From positions 2,430,419 to 2,494,418 of the forward strand of contig MU058198.1 of assembly GCA_013265495.1 (NCBI GenBank): DNA of 64,000 bases. The letters run 5' to 3'. This stretch comes from Vicugna vicugna (Eukaryota). The notes below the pieces were generated by a model. That model worked only from the letters and a program-made list of their open reading frames with translations. It did not search any database and was not told the DNA's origin. Positions 22,901 to 33,801 of this stretch are shown in pieces (the first letter of the stretch is position 1; every line of letters begins with the position of its first letter). A program made the position numbers and the translations under genes.

Positions 22901-25900
22901 CCCATGCAGTGGGCCGGCCCCGCAACCTGCTCTTGTTGCCGCTTCTCGGTAGGACTGGCAGCTGCAGGAGGCCCTGGCCCTCTCTATAGCTCTCTCACCA
23001 ATGTCCCTTCTCGTGATCCTGATGTGGGGACCATGTCATAGTCATGTCCAGGTGGAAGATCGCTCAGACCTGTCCAGCCTCGTTTTTTTCACATGAGGGA
23101 GCTGAGGCCTAGGGAGAGCGAGTACACAGACAAAGACTTAACTCTTGGTTCTGCTACTTGTTAGCTGTGTGACCATGGACAGTGAGTAAACCTCTCTGAA
23201 CTGGACTTTCCTCTTGGAGAGTAGAGGGCAGCAGCACCTTGCTACCTCTCTGGTTTCTAATGAGCAAATGAGATTGTAAATTTACAGTCCCACCTGGGGC
23301 TTTATGTGGTAGTAACCGCTGCTGTTACTTGTGTTGTGGCACCAAGACCAGGTGCCCCCTTCCTCCAACCCTCTTCTCCGGGTGCCACGAGCCTGGGCCA
23401 CCCTTTCCTTGGTCCACCTTTGGACCCTGGTGAACGGAGTCAGGCAGGGCCTTTAACCCATTCTGATGTGGCCCTTGTGAGAAGGGATTGAAAGAAATCC
23501 CCGGGATATTCCTAAGGAGTTTCGGGGGGCGGGAGTGCTTCTCGGGACACATCTGAGGGTTGGTTTTTAGGGCAGGACGACACTGGATGTTAAAGCAGGG
23601 AGGTGAGCTAATGCCAGGCTAATGGGAAAAACAGAAACACCCGCTCCTCCACCTTATCCAGCTCATCTGTGGGCTTCGGGCCAGGTAGGGTGTGGCTGGC
23701 CTCCTCCCTGTGGTGAGGATGAGAAGCAGACGCAGGTGCAATTGCCCACCGCCCACAGCTAGTGAGTGGCAGGAGCTGGGACTGGAACTCCTGTTCCCAG
23801 AACTGGGCCGGTACAGACTGGGAGGGCCCGGGGGAGGTGGAGCTGTGTGGGAAGGACAAACGACCAGCTCACACCTGGGCCTTGGTTAGTTTCCCCCGCA
23901 GACTGCTGCTTCCCCGGATGAGCAGAAGGTGTTCGCCCTCTGGGAGTCTGGAGACATGAGCGACCAGGTGAGGTGACCTTGGCCGCCATCTTCCCCAGGA
24001 GCGGGGAGGTGTTCCTGCAGGGGGTCAGGGCTTTGGAGAGACCCAGAGTGCAGTCGTATACGTTTCAGACGTCCCAGCTACTCCCAATTTTAAACATTCT
24101 GGCTCCCTGTCTTCAGAATATGCTGGCTGTGCCAATACTTTGTGCCAAAACCGGTGGTTCCCAAATGCTAATCTGGACCGGCTGCATCAGAATCACCTTT
24201 TAAAAAATAGAGAGATTCCCAGGACTGACCTCAGAGACTCAGTTCAGTTCAGCAGAATGGGGTAGGGTCCAGATTCTGATGCCCAGCCAGCCTTGCAAAC
24301 CCCTGATGGACCACAGTTCTCAGGTGGCTGACAGCCGGAGGAATCAAAAGGATTCCTTATCAGATCTTGGGTGCCGGATCAGATCTGAGGTTAGGGAAAC
24401 TGGCCGTTCTGCCTCTAGTGACACCCTGTCTAGTGAACAGAGTATGAATTCAGCAAGCAGCGCCCCGAGGCCCAGAAGTTTTCCTTAAATCATGAACTTG
24501 CCTGAACTTTAAATTTAGATTAAGATTTAATTGCTAAGACTCCAGCTGGTCTGTCCTTTTCCAGATCCTGTTCTTCTGGTGCAAGAAGAGGAGGGGGCAA
24601 AAGCCCCCACTGAGTTCTTTGTTCCCTTTTGCCTCTTAGAAGTGGACTGACCGGCAGGCTGGGAACATCAAAGGGACGGGGCCTCTGCTGCCCCTGGACC
24701 TGTGGCGGTGCCAGGGATGGAGAGCAGGCTGGAGCAGGTCTCCCTCACGAGCCTGTGCACTATTGGCCAGAATAGGTGGCATCTGGGTTTCCTGCTCCTA
24801 ACGTGCTCCAATAATTGAAAGGAATAAGTAGTACAGTGCATATTCTTAAAAATAAATTGTGGGAAGCCATGTCCTTCCCTGCCTGACCTGGTTCCCACTC
24901 CTCAGAGGCAAGCTGCTTTTTAACTACACAATAGCACCCAAAGGGTTACCTCCATTTTTTTTTTTTAATGTATATACAAACTGAGCTTATACTGCTGTTT
25001 GATGTATCAGCTTGTTGTTGTCAGTGGGCTTCCTGTTGCCATGGATGAGGATTTAGTTCTCAGCCTTTGTGAGAATTTTTTAGTTAAATCAGATATTAAT
25101 GTTTCTAGCATCATGACTGGAAATTTATTCGTTGTAGGGCCAAGTATCAGTAGTAAACTGTGGTTTCATTTCTTTTTTGTACTACTTCCTGTTTTCACTT
25201 GTATCATTTTCTGGACACCCAGATACCAGCCGTAGTACTGTTCTTGGGTCTGACTCCCTGGATGCCTCCCACCGCCTCTCCGGCGGGGCCGGCTCTGTGT
25301 CTGTTGCTGGCTTGTAGAATCTCGTGTCTAACTTTTTGCTTAATTTTAGCTTCTAAGAGGGCAGAGGAGTTGTCTGCATTTTTTCATGTCTTAAAATGGC
25401 TTTCTTTTGTCCTTAAGTATCATTGTTTGCCTGGGGCTAGAATTTTAGAGGGCAAATCATTTTTCCTATGGATTTAAGATAGTTTTCTGTTACATTCAAG
25501 CTGAGTTGTCACTCAGTGACTTTCTGCTTCTTGGTCTTTTCAGTTTGATCCACATCCTCCCCTTTAAACCAAACTTAGGTTTTTTCTTACCCTGAATATA
25601 ACACATCAGTGCAATTCCAGACGTACTCTGGTGTGGGACATCCCTGTACTAGACGGTTGAGTCATTCTTAGGAAATTCTGATAGATTTGATAATTCCTTT
25701 TCTGTTCTTTCAGAATTCTTAGGTCATATATTATAAATCAGAGCTTTTCTTTGTCATTTGACACCTTTTATACTACTGGGGGATTTTTACTTTCTTCTGT
25801 TTAATTTTGGGGGGACGTCCTGCTTTTTGTAGCATTCTGTTTCACGGATGCAACACTCTGTGTGTCAGGACAGCCGCTCACTCTTCGTCCTGGTCTTTGT

Positions 25901-27309
25901 CTTCACGCAGTGTAGATTGTGGCTTCCCCTGCCTGCGAAATCAGTTATCACTCCTGTTTTTTGTCATCCAAAATTATGTCTAAACTGTTCATCCTGTGCT
26001 GATGCTTCACTGGCACTTTTGTTCTTGGCACATACCTTTATTTCTGGTCTTCATTTTATTGGGGTCTCAAAAGATGACAAATTAGCCAAATGAGTTTGTG
26101 TTTAACCAGAAGTCCTGGGTAGGGACTTTGATCACAGACTGCAGTGTGGAGTTTGGTGCATAGTTTGGGATTTCATATTTGGGGCTGTTTCTCTTTTAGG
26201 CGATTGTTTCCCATAATAACATGTTTTTGCTACTAAAGCATCGACAGGTTTTGCTTGAAATTTTTTCCAAAAATTACCGTGTACGCCGGAACATGATCCA
26301 GTCTCGGCTGACTCAAGAGTGTGGAGAGGACCTGAGTAAACAGGAGGTGGATAAAGTGCTAAAGGTACATCCGTTTGGCGTATAATCACATCAGAGTCTG
26401 GGCTTCTGCACTGACCGTGAGTTTAAGAACAAGGGAGATCACAACCGGCTCTTCCCTGTCTTAGTTGGAGGCTGACAGTGTGTGGAAAGGGATCAGTCAG
26501 GGTTTTTCCTGTTACTGTGTTTGTTAAATCAGACTCCTCTGGACCCTTCCCCAGCCAGTTGGATCTTCAGCAGCAGATAATAGTTGGCACTTGTGTGGTG
26601 GGTATGTGCTAAACTGAATAAAATGTAGGCTCTATCCTGAAAAAATACAGTCTGGTTGGGGTCATCATCCTTGAAAGCGACAAGGCCTATGGTATAGCCC
26701 TTGCCTTACTCCTCCTCTGAATCTTGGTACCACTTTTGTGGTTTTTGCCATAGCCACATCTAATTAAATTTAGCTTTAAAAAGGAATATATCATTTGTCT
26801 AGTATGTGAAAATACTTAATTCCTACTGGGCATTACTTACAATGCTTTTACGAAATGCCTGTGGTGCAGATACCATGTTTGCAGAAACATGGAATGCTGA
26901 AAGCTGCTGACAGATTCCCAGTATTCTAGAATTCTTACGGCCTCTGTTAAGGATCCAGGGCCATAGATACTGACGTTATTTGTGAAGCACCTCTGTTCTG
27001 GCCATCTTATTCGGTTTTTCTATTCTGTGTTTATAGAGCACGTTCACTTATAGTTCCTCAGTCTTAAGACTCTTGGAGGAGAGGAAGGGGCCCAAGGCCC
27101 ATACGTGGCTGACCACATCATGTGCAGGCAGAGCTTGATCTACTTTTTGTGTTCTCGCCATTAATTATAAATCAAGTTCTGAGATGCTGCATAAAATGTA
27201 GCAGCTTGCTCTCCTGCTGAAGTCCGCCCTTAACGTGTGTCTCTGTTCCCAGGACTGCTGTGTCAGCTATGGTGGCATGTGGTACCTTAAAGGGACGGTA
27301 CAGTCTTGA
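4961..27309 (+). CDS. POLR3E: RNA polymerase III subunit E (RPC5), spliced CDS of 20 coding exons, 2136 nt, 711 aa plus stop
   Basis: Exons joined at GT-AG sites in a continuous frame: [41 protein letters not shown]...[19 protein letters not shown] recognise this as mammalian RPC5; its position next to CDR2 matches human synteny. Confidence 0.97.
5785..5830 (+). repeat. Perfect 23-bp tandem duplication
   Basis: tgagaagaaagcaagtagggcca at 5785-5807 and again at 5808-5830. Confidence 0.95.
6203..6253 (+). CDS. POLR3E: POLR3E exon 3
   Basis: ttccag/ [17 protein letters not shown] /gtaatt. Confidence 0.95.
6661..6770 (-). mobile_element. tRNA-Ala-derived SINE (Vic-1-like, camelid)
   Basis: - strand GGTATAGCTCAAATGGTAGAGAGCATGCTTAGCATGTGCGAGGTCCTGGGTTCAATCCCCAG followed by an A-rich tail. 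Confidence 0.85.
7060..7665 (-). mobile_element. Old L1 (L1M) 3' fragment
   Basis: ctattttctgtctctgtggatttgcctgttgtggacatttc...gataatgctgctgtgaacatt...gggagtggaattcctggg...ttacattcccagcag. Confidence 0.8.
9553..9630 (+). CDS. POLR3E: POLR3E exon 4
   Basis: ccccag/ [26 protein letters not shown] /gtgggg. Confidence 0.95.
10031..10146 (+). CDS. POLR3E: POLR3E exon 5
   Basis: ctccag/ [38 protein letters not shown] /gtgagt. Confidence 0.95.
10573..10655 (+). CDS. POLR3E: POLR3E exon 6
   Basis: ttctag/ [27 protein letters not shown] /gtaccc. Confidence 0.93.
10888..10995 (+). CDS. POLR3E: POLR3E exon 7
   Basis: tgccag/ [36 protein letters not shown] /gtgagc; 108 nt. Confidence 0.93.
11319..11368 (+). 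CDS. POLR3E: POLR3E exon 8
   Basis: ttttgcag/ [17 protein letters not shown] /gtgagt. Confidence 0.93.
12897..13016 (+). CDS. POLR3E: POLR3E exon 9
   Basis: tcccag/ [40 protein letters not shown] /gtgagc. Confidence 0.95.
13575..13810 (+). mobile_element. MIR
   Basis: ctgtgtggccttaggc...ctctaagcctcagtttccttatctgtaaggtgg...cctggcacgtagaaggggctcagtgaatgttagc. Confidence 0.75.
14097..14182 (+). CDS. POLR3E: POLR3E exon 10
   Basis: ccacag/ [28 protein letters not shown] /gtgggg. Confidence 0.93.
14479..14523 (+). CDS. POLR3E: POLR3E exon 11
   Basis: ccacag/ [14 protein letters not shown] /gtgagt. Confidence 0.92.
14613..14704 (+). CDS. POLR3E: POLR3E exon 12
   Basis: caacag/ [30 protein letters not shown] /gtgggt. 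Confidence 0.93.
15696..15816 (+). CDS. POLR3E: POLR3E exon 13
   Basis: cctcag/ [40 protein letters not shown] /gtaagt. Confidence 0.95.
16097..16252 (-). mobile_element. tRNA-Ala-derived SINE (Vic-1-like) with target-site duplication
   Basis: Same family as 6661-6770; flanking tagaatat at 16089-16096 and 16253-16260. Confidence 0.88.
16270..16800 (-). mobile_element. Ancient L1ME-like fragment
   Basis: T-rich antisense L1 pattern (ttcttttagtgcaggtctgcgggtgatgaac...ttcttgaaggatattttt...tttatttatcctgttggggattc). Confidence 0.6.
17262..17343 (+). CDS. POLR3E: POLR3E exon 14
   Basis: tggcag/ [27 protein letters not shown] /gtaagt. Confidence 0.94.
17628..18713 (-). mobile_element. 5'-truncated artiodactyl-type L1 (ORF2 end, 3'UTR and A-rich tail)
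   Basis: (TTTTA)n tail; ORF 18084..18305 (-) [13 protein letters not shown]...[18 protein letters not shown] is the L1 ORF2 C-terminus. Confidence 0.92.
19696..19755 (+). CDS. POLR3E: POLR3E exon 15
   Basis: cctcag/ [20 protein letters not shown] /gtaagt. Confidence 0.94.
19862..20019 (+). CDS. POLR3E: POLR3E exon 16
   Basis: ccccag/ [52 protein letters not shown] /gtacga. Confidence 0.94.
20487..20548 (+). CDS. POLR3E: POLR3E exon 17
   Basis: tttcag/ [20 protein letters not shown] /gtgcag. Confidence 0.92.
21047..21573 (+). CDS. POLR3E: POLR3E exon 18 (large, CpG-rich; acidic linker and C-terminal domain)
   Basis: ccacag/ [16 protein letters not shown]...[15 protein letters not shown]...[11 protein letters not shown] /gtaagt; overlaps ORF 21115..21675. 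Confidence 0.95.
23890..23967 (+). CDS. POLR3E: POLR3E exon 19
   Basis: ggttag/ [26 protein letters not shown] /gtgagg; a competing in-frame acceptor ends at 23901. Confidence 0.88.
24150..24330. mobile_element. MER5A-like hAT-Charlie MITE
   Basis: gtggttcccaaa...gcatcagaatcacc...cagagactcagttcag...gattctgatgcccagccag. Confidence 0.6.
26239..26364 (+). CDS. POLR3E: POLR3E exon 20
   Basis: ctaaag/ [42 protein letters not shown] /gtacat. Confidence 0.92.
27253..27309 (+). CDS. POLR3E: POLR3E last coding exon (21)
   Basis: tcccag/ [18 protein letters not shown] then TGA at 27307-27309. Confidence 0.95.
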   Translation, partial: DCCVSYGGMWYLKGTVQS

Positions 27310-27594
27310 CGATAGTTGCAGACCACTAACCAGTGAGTCCAAGCCCAAGGAAGGACGGCAGCACCGGCAGAGGTGGAAGTGGTCTCAGTTGCTTCAGAAG
27401 ACACGGAGCAAGAGGAACTGACCATCTCGTGGCCTGTGGCATCGCACTGTCCAGTGGACAGAGGGGATCATACTCAGCCAGTGGCAGGGTCAGCTTAAGT
27501 TAGATCGCTCCCAGAAGAAACCAGCCACGACCTTCTTTGCAGTACAGTTTGAAATTCCTGATGTATTTTGCTTATTATTTGGTTTCATTCTCAT

Positions 27595-27600
27595 AATAAA
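27595..27600 (+). terminator. Candidate proximal polyadenylation signal of POLR3E (AATAAA)
   Basis: AATAAA about 290 nt after the stop, with U-rich sequence upstream. Confidence 0.45.
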
Positions 27601-28035
27601 AGAGAGTGTTTACTGACACAGGCAGGATGATGAAAATCATGGTTTAATATTTTACTTTCAAACTTAATGCCAATAAGGTCTAATAAGTTATGTTTACAAG
27701 ATGAAGAAAACCTCAAGGTTTTTAATATTTAAAATGCCTAGAAGCCAGTTTAGTCTTTGATTATCTATCTGCTAAGACTTCTGCCAATTTCATCAAACAA
27801 ACCAAATTGAATTGTTTTACTGTTGGGTTTCTGTGGCCATTTCACCTTTTAAAACAACCTACTTTATGTAGCAGTTTCAACTGTTTACATGAACCATAGC
27901 AAAAAAATCAGAATCAAATCCATCTGTTCTTAAACGTTTGCACCAGGATGCAAACAAAACCAGGTAAGTATGGAACAATGTGTAAGTGAGGTCATCACGC
28001 TTTGATGTAAAAATTTCTATTTTGTGTATTTTTAA

Positions 28036-28041
28036 AATAAA
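28036..28041 (+). terminator. Candidate distal polyadenylation signal of POLR3E (AATAAA)
   Basis: AATAAA preceded by TGTA motifs and a U-rich tract, followed by GT-rich sequence; repeat-derived DNA starts shortly downstream. Confidence 0.55.
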
Positions 28042-28164
28042 TGCTAACACTAACCTGGCATCATGGTGCTGCTGTCTTCTAATGGTTACAAGAAGGCAAT
28101 GCCGTCTGCTCTCAAAGCCTTGTATGTGCATCAGAGGGAAGGGTGCTGACAGCCCTACTCAGTA

Positions 28165-28408
28165 GAACTGTGCCATTTAAAAATTTGCTAGTAGACATAT
28201 TAGGGTAGTAAAAATAAACTGGTTAAATTTTAATATATTTAGTCCAATATCGTTAAAACATCAACATGTAATAAAAAATGTTAATATTTTACCTCTTTTT
28301 TGGTACAAAGTGTTCAAGATACACTTACAACACTCTCAGTTTGAACTAGTTACAGTTTAAGCGCTCAGTTGCCACACGTGGCTGGTGGGGACTGGTGGAC
28401 AGTGCAGC
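28165..28408. mobile_element. MER3/MER33-like hAT-Charlie remnant
   Basis: cacttacaacactctcagtttgaactagttacagtttaagcgctcagttgccacacgtggctggtggggactggtggacagtgcag. Confidence 0.6.
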
Positions 28409-29299
28409 CCTTGGAGGACTATGAACAAAACAAGAGCCAGGCCGCTGTGGTGAGGCTTTTGTTGTGGGCTGCTTTGGGCAATAGAGCCACTGCCGTCTGA
28501 GGGTTTAGATGATGGTCTGTGTGTCCTTATGTGCCCCCAAATCCCTCCCCCCATCAAATATCAAAACTAATATTTGGTAATGTAGTTTAACAGGTAGATT
28601 GCATATTATGTTCTTGCTTCTAATTGTTAACATACATGAGTCTTAAAAGTAAAAAAGTTTCCAGAGTTTATCGAGTGTGTCCAGCTACCATGTAACTACA
28701 TTACCAAGGAGAGACCCCCTTGTACGGCAGAGACTGAGCCGACCAGAACTGGGCGTGGGGTGGGGCGGGGCGTGTGCTCAGCTGGGAGCTGTAGCCTTAG
28801 ACACACTGACAGAGATGAGTTAAACACTGAATTCAAGTAGCTAGGGAAATAACAACATAGGAGGAAATAATTACAAAAATTAAGGAGGTAAAAATTCATG
28901 TAAAGTAAGATATACCAGCAGTTACTGATAAAGGAAAATGGCACAAGCCTGAATAGATAGTGAGATGGGGAGAGAGACAGGAATTAGATGATTTATAAGG
29001 AAAATACAAATTATTTAAAGTGGTTGGAAAGAAATTGCAACGGATCAATTATTAGAGAAGAAAAGGCCCAGAGATGATGACAGTTGAATTATATCAAATC
29101 TTTGTGACATAAACACAAGGGTAAACTCCAGCGTGTAATAAGCCCCCAGATTCTTAACAAAGCATTGATTTAAGAACCTGACAAAGATAGCATGATGTGA
29201 ATAAAAATCCTAAGTAGTGGATTCCAAAGGCATGTTAAAGAAATGATCATAATATATTTATGCAAGGTTGATGACACTAGGAATAACTATTGTAACAAA

Positions 29300-30480
29300 T
29301 GCAAGGTTGGAATCAAGACTTTCCCTGTAAGACCAGGAACAAGGCAAGGATGCCTACCTTAACTACTATTTAACACAGTACTGGAAGTTATAGCTAAAGC
29401 AATTAGGCAAGAAAAAAAATGAGAACAAAGTACAGTTATCTCTGCAGATGATATATGTAGAAAACTAAAGATTTCACAAAAAGCTCGTTAGAATAAATGA
29501 GTTCAACAAAGTAGCAGGACACAAAAGTCAGCACACAAAAGTTAGTTGCATTATCTATGCACTAATAAGGAACCATTTGAAAAGGAAATTACAAAAGCAA
29601 TTCCATTTATAATGGCATCAAGAAGAATAAAATATTTAGTAATTAACCAAGGAGGTGAAAGAAAGATTTGCATGACGAAAACTACAAAACACTGCTGAAA
29701 GACATAAATGGGACATCACATGTTCATGGGTTGCAAGAGTGAATATTGCTAAAATATCAGTATTACCCAAAGTAATCTATAGATTCAATGCAATCCCTAT
29801 CAAAGTCCCAACAATTTTTTTTTTTTTGCAGAAATAGAAAAACCCATCCTATAAGCCATATGAATCTCAGGGGACCCTGAATAGCCAAAACAATCTTGAA
29901 ATAGAACAAAATGGTAGGACTCATATTTCCTCACTTCGAAACTTACTACAAAGTTACACTGATCAAAGCAGTGTGGTACTGGAATAAAGAGAAATAGACT
30001 GATGGAATAGAGAGCCCCGAAGTAAACCTTCATTGTTGTCAAGTGATTTTTGACAAGAGTTCCAAGACCATTCAGTGGGGAAAAGATAGTCTTTCCAACA
30101 AACAGTGCTGGGAAAACTGGACATCCATGTGCTCGAGAGTTTGGACCCTAACTCAACACCACAGAAAAACACTCAAAGTGGATCAAGGACCTCAATGCAA
30201 GACCTGAAACAAAACTTTAAGAACAACAAAAGTTGTCACGATATTGGATTTGGCAATCATTTATTGGTATGACAACAAAGGCACAGGTAACAAAAGAGAA
30301 AAGACAAATTGGACTTTACGGAAAAGAAAAATTTTATGTAACAAAAAGAGTATCAACAGTAAAAAGGCAACCCACAGAATGGGAGAAAGACTTGCAAATC
30401 ATATTACCTGCTGAGGGAGTAATATCTAGATTATATAGAGAACTCCTAAAAGGCAACAAGAGATTCTCAAAAAGGATGAA
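29300..30480 (+). mobile_element. Old L1 ORF2 (RT and C-terminal region) fragment, degenerate
   Basis: caggaacaaggcaaggatgcc...aacacagtactggaagt...gcagatgatat...tatagattcaatgcaatccctatcaaa...aaggcaacccacagaatgggagaaa. Confidence 0.9.
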
Positions 30481-30489
30481 AAATGCTGG

Positions 30490-32500
30490 TTAAGATAGCA
30501 TAGTAGTAGGGCCACAAGCTTGCGTCGCATCACGGCTACAACAAAACCACAAGTGACTGCTAAACAACTATCAAAGAAAAAAGCTTGGAACCTAGCAAAA
30601 AAGATCAATGGGAAACGTAGAGGGAACCACAGCAGGACGGTAGGAGGGGCCCCACACCCCCCGGGTGGGTGATCCACAAACTGAAGAGTAAGTCGCAGAG
30701 GCCCTCCCACAGGAGTGAGAGCTCTGAGCCCCACGTCAGGCTCCCCAGGCTGGGGCTCTTGCGCTAGGAGGAGGAGACCCCAGGACATCTGGTTTTGAAG
30801 GCCAGGGGGGCTTAACTTCAGGAGCCCCATGGGACTAGGGGAGGCAGAGACTTCATTCTCTAGGGAAGCATACACAGAATCTCACGTGCGCCAGGTCCAA
30901 GGGCAGAGGCAGTGATTTCATAGGAACCTGGGTCAGAGCTGCCTGCTGGTTTTGGAAGGTCTCCTTGGGGAGGTAGGGGACATCTGCGGCTCCCCCTGAG
31001 GACATAAAAGCTGAGGGCGGGCATTCTGGGAGTGTTCATCTACGTGAACTTTCCTGGAGGCTGAAATCTTGACTGGATCATTAGCAGCAAGACCTAGCGC
31101 CACCCATCAGCAGACTTCCTGAGTCACAGATGCCTCTGGATGTGCCCCAAGACACAGCTCTACCCACCAGAGGGCCAGGATCAAGCTTCACCCAACAGTG
31201 GGGCAGGCACTGACTCCTTCCGCCAGGAAACCCGCATAAGCCTCTTGTCCAGCCTCATCCACGGAGTTGGGAGAATCATGCTCCTTGACTTCAGACTGTA
31301 CTACAAAGTGACAGTAATCACAACAGTATGGTACTGGCACAAAAACAGACACATAGTTCAATGGAACAGGATAGAAAATGCGAAAATAAACTCACACACT
31401 TACAGTCAATTAATCTATGACAAAGGAGGCAAGAATATACAATGGAGAGAAGAGAGTCTCTTCAGTAAGTGATGCTGGGAAAACTGGACAGCTGCCTGTT
31501 AAAAACTGAAATTAGAACATTCTCTAATACCATATGCAAAAATAAACTCAAAATGGATTAAAGATTTAAATTTAAGACCAGATATTATAAAACTCCTAGA
31601 GGAAAACATAGGCAGAACATTCTTGGACATAAATCACAGTAATATATTTTTTGAACCAGCTCCTGGAGTAATGGAAATAAGAGCAAAAATAAACAAATGG
31701 GACCTAATTAAGCTTAAAAAGCTTTTGCAAAGCTAAGGATACCATCAACAAAATGAAGACAACCTACAGAATGGGAGAAAATATTTGCAAATGATGCACC
31801 CAATAAGGGACTAATTTCCAAAATATACAAATAGCTCATACACTTTAATACCTAAACAGACATCTCTCCACAGACATACAGATGGCCAACAAGCACATGG
31901 AAAGGTGATCAACATCACTACTTCTCAGAGAAAAGTAAATCAAAACTACAATGAGGAATCACCCCACACCTGTCAGAATGGCTATCATTAAAAAGTCTAC
32001 AAACAGTAAATGCTGGAGAGGATGTGGAGAAAAAGGATCTCTCCTACACTTGGTGGGAATGTAAACTGGTGCAGCCACTATGGAGGACAATAGGGAGGTT
32101 CCTCAGAAAGCTAAAAATAGACTTACCATACGATCTAGCAATCCCACTCCTGGGCATATATCCAGAGAAAAATATAATTCAAAAAGACACATGTACCCCA
32201 GTGTTCATGGCAGCACTATTTACAATAGCCAAGACATAGAAACAACCCAAATGTCCATCAACAGATGACTGGATAAAGAAGATGTAGTATACATATACAG
32301 TGGAATACTCAGCCAGAAAAAGAATAAAATTATGCCATTTGCAGCAACATGGATGCCATATGGTATCACTTATATGTGGCATCTAGAAAAAAGGACACAA
32401 ATGAACTTACCTACAAAACAGAAACAGACTCACAAACATAGAGAACAAACTTATGGTTACCAGAGGGTAAAGAGGGTGGGAAGGGATAAACTGGGAATTC
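30490..32500 (+). mobile_element. Younger L1 with a 5'UTR-like segment (about 30490-31262) fused directly to the ORF2 3' end and 3'UTR
   Basis: GC-rich 5'UTR-like segment, then [26 protein letters not shown] (ORF 31140..31472) and [14 protein letters not shown] (ORF 32024..32239). Confidence 0.8.
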
Positions 32501-33380
32501 AAAAATCGCACCTCTTGGGGACTGATGGAAATGTTAGCTATCTTGATTGTGGTAGTGGTTTCACTGGTGATTACATGTATCAAAATTCATCAAACTGTTA
32601 ATCTGAAATATGTGTAGTTTACTGGACAGGAACCGTACCACAATAAAGGTGTTAAAAAAAAAGAAGAAAGCCATTAAGGGGAAAAACACACAAGAAAAAA
32701 AGGCAAAGGACAATGCAAATGACTCTTAACAGATTAAAAAAATTCAACCTTATTAATAAAAGACATGCAAATTTAAACTACAAGGGAACATCATTTTTCT
32801 CCTATTAGTTTGGCAAGGGTCAGCAAGTTTACCAGCCTGAGTGTGAGAAGAAAGGCATCCTCACATATTTGTGGGAGTTGATGGAAGTGTCTATCAGGAA
32901 ACTTCTGGAAGATGGTAAATAGCAAAAGGCTCATCTCTTTTACTTCACTTATAATTTATCTTCATAAATATCCAAAGATATATATCCAAGTATCTACCTT
33001 ATCTATTTACCTATCTATATAAAGCTGTTCACTATAGACTTTTTTGGTAGTAGCAAAAGACTAGAAACAATCTACTCACCAGGGACTACTTGAATATACA
33101 GACTGGAATACTATACAACTATCATAAAGAATGTAGATGGTCAGAGAAAAACACATGGTTTCAAAGACACATGGATCAGTGAAAATGGAAGCTACAGTAT
33201 GTATTTTTGTTTAAAAATATGGGGTGATATAAGCATACACATGTACTAGTACAAGCAGAGTATTTTGGTAGGACATGCCAACAAACTCGTAACTAGTTGA
33301 TTCTGGGGAGAAGAGTTGAGAGGTCAGGAGAAGGAGAGATGACTTACTCTGCAAACTTTTTGTACTGTCTGAAAAAATAA
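32500..33380 (+). mobile_element. Ancient L1M/L1ME 3' fragments
   Basis: gatggaaatgttagctatcttgattgtggtagtggtt...; atgcaaatttaaactacaag...gtagcaaaagactagaaacaatc...ggaatactatacaactat. Confidence 0.65.
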
Positions 33381-33795
33381 TGTTTTACCCATTTTTAAAA
33401 ACTTAATCCAAGAGCAAAATTAGATTCAATGCTCATTTTAATGTTTGAATGTTGCAGAATGTTTCTCCTATGACTGAATGATCAAATGTTTTGAGAATCA
33501 ACTCATCAAATGCTATTAATTCAGAACCAAGTTCAACATTTCTAAAATAGTGAAAATTGTATAAAGCATATAAATTGCAAATGTTTTCCAGCCATATCAT
33601 AATTTTAATGAACACTCATCAATGTAAGCAGAATTTGCGCTATTCCACAATCCGAAGGAATGGGAAAAAAATCACTATCAATTCTCCTTAGGGATACGTG
33701 TTGGAAGAAGAAAAGTGAACAGTTGGTTTTAACGGTCAAATGGCTTAAACTTAAAATAATAAGCAGTCGATCCATTTGTTCATTTCACAGGTTGT

Positions 33796-33801
33796 TTTAT
33801 T
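33796..33801 (-). terminator. Candidate CDR2 polyadenylation signal (AATAAA on - strand)
   Basis: tttatt on the + strand about 1.04 kb past the stop, with TGTATATA just upstream on the - strand. Confidence 0.6.

Noticed and set aside
27307..27315. Possible stop-codon readthrough at POLR3E TGA-C
   Set aside because: The context is TGA CGA TAG, not the TGA CTAG motif, and readthrough would add only two residues.
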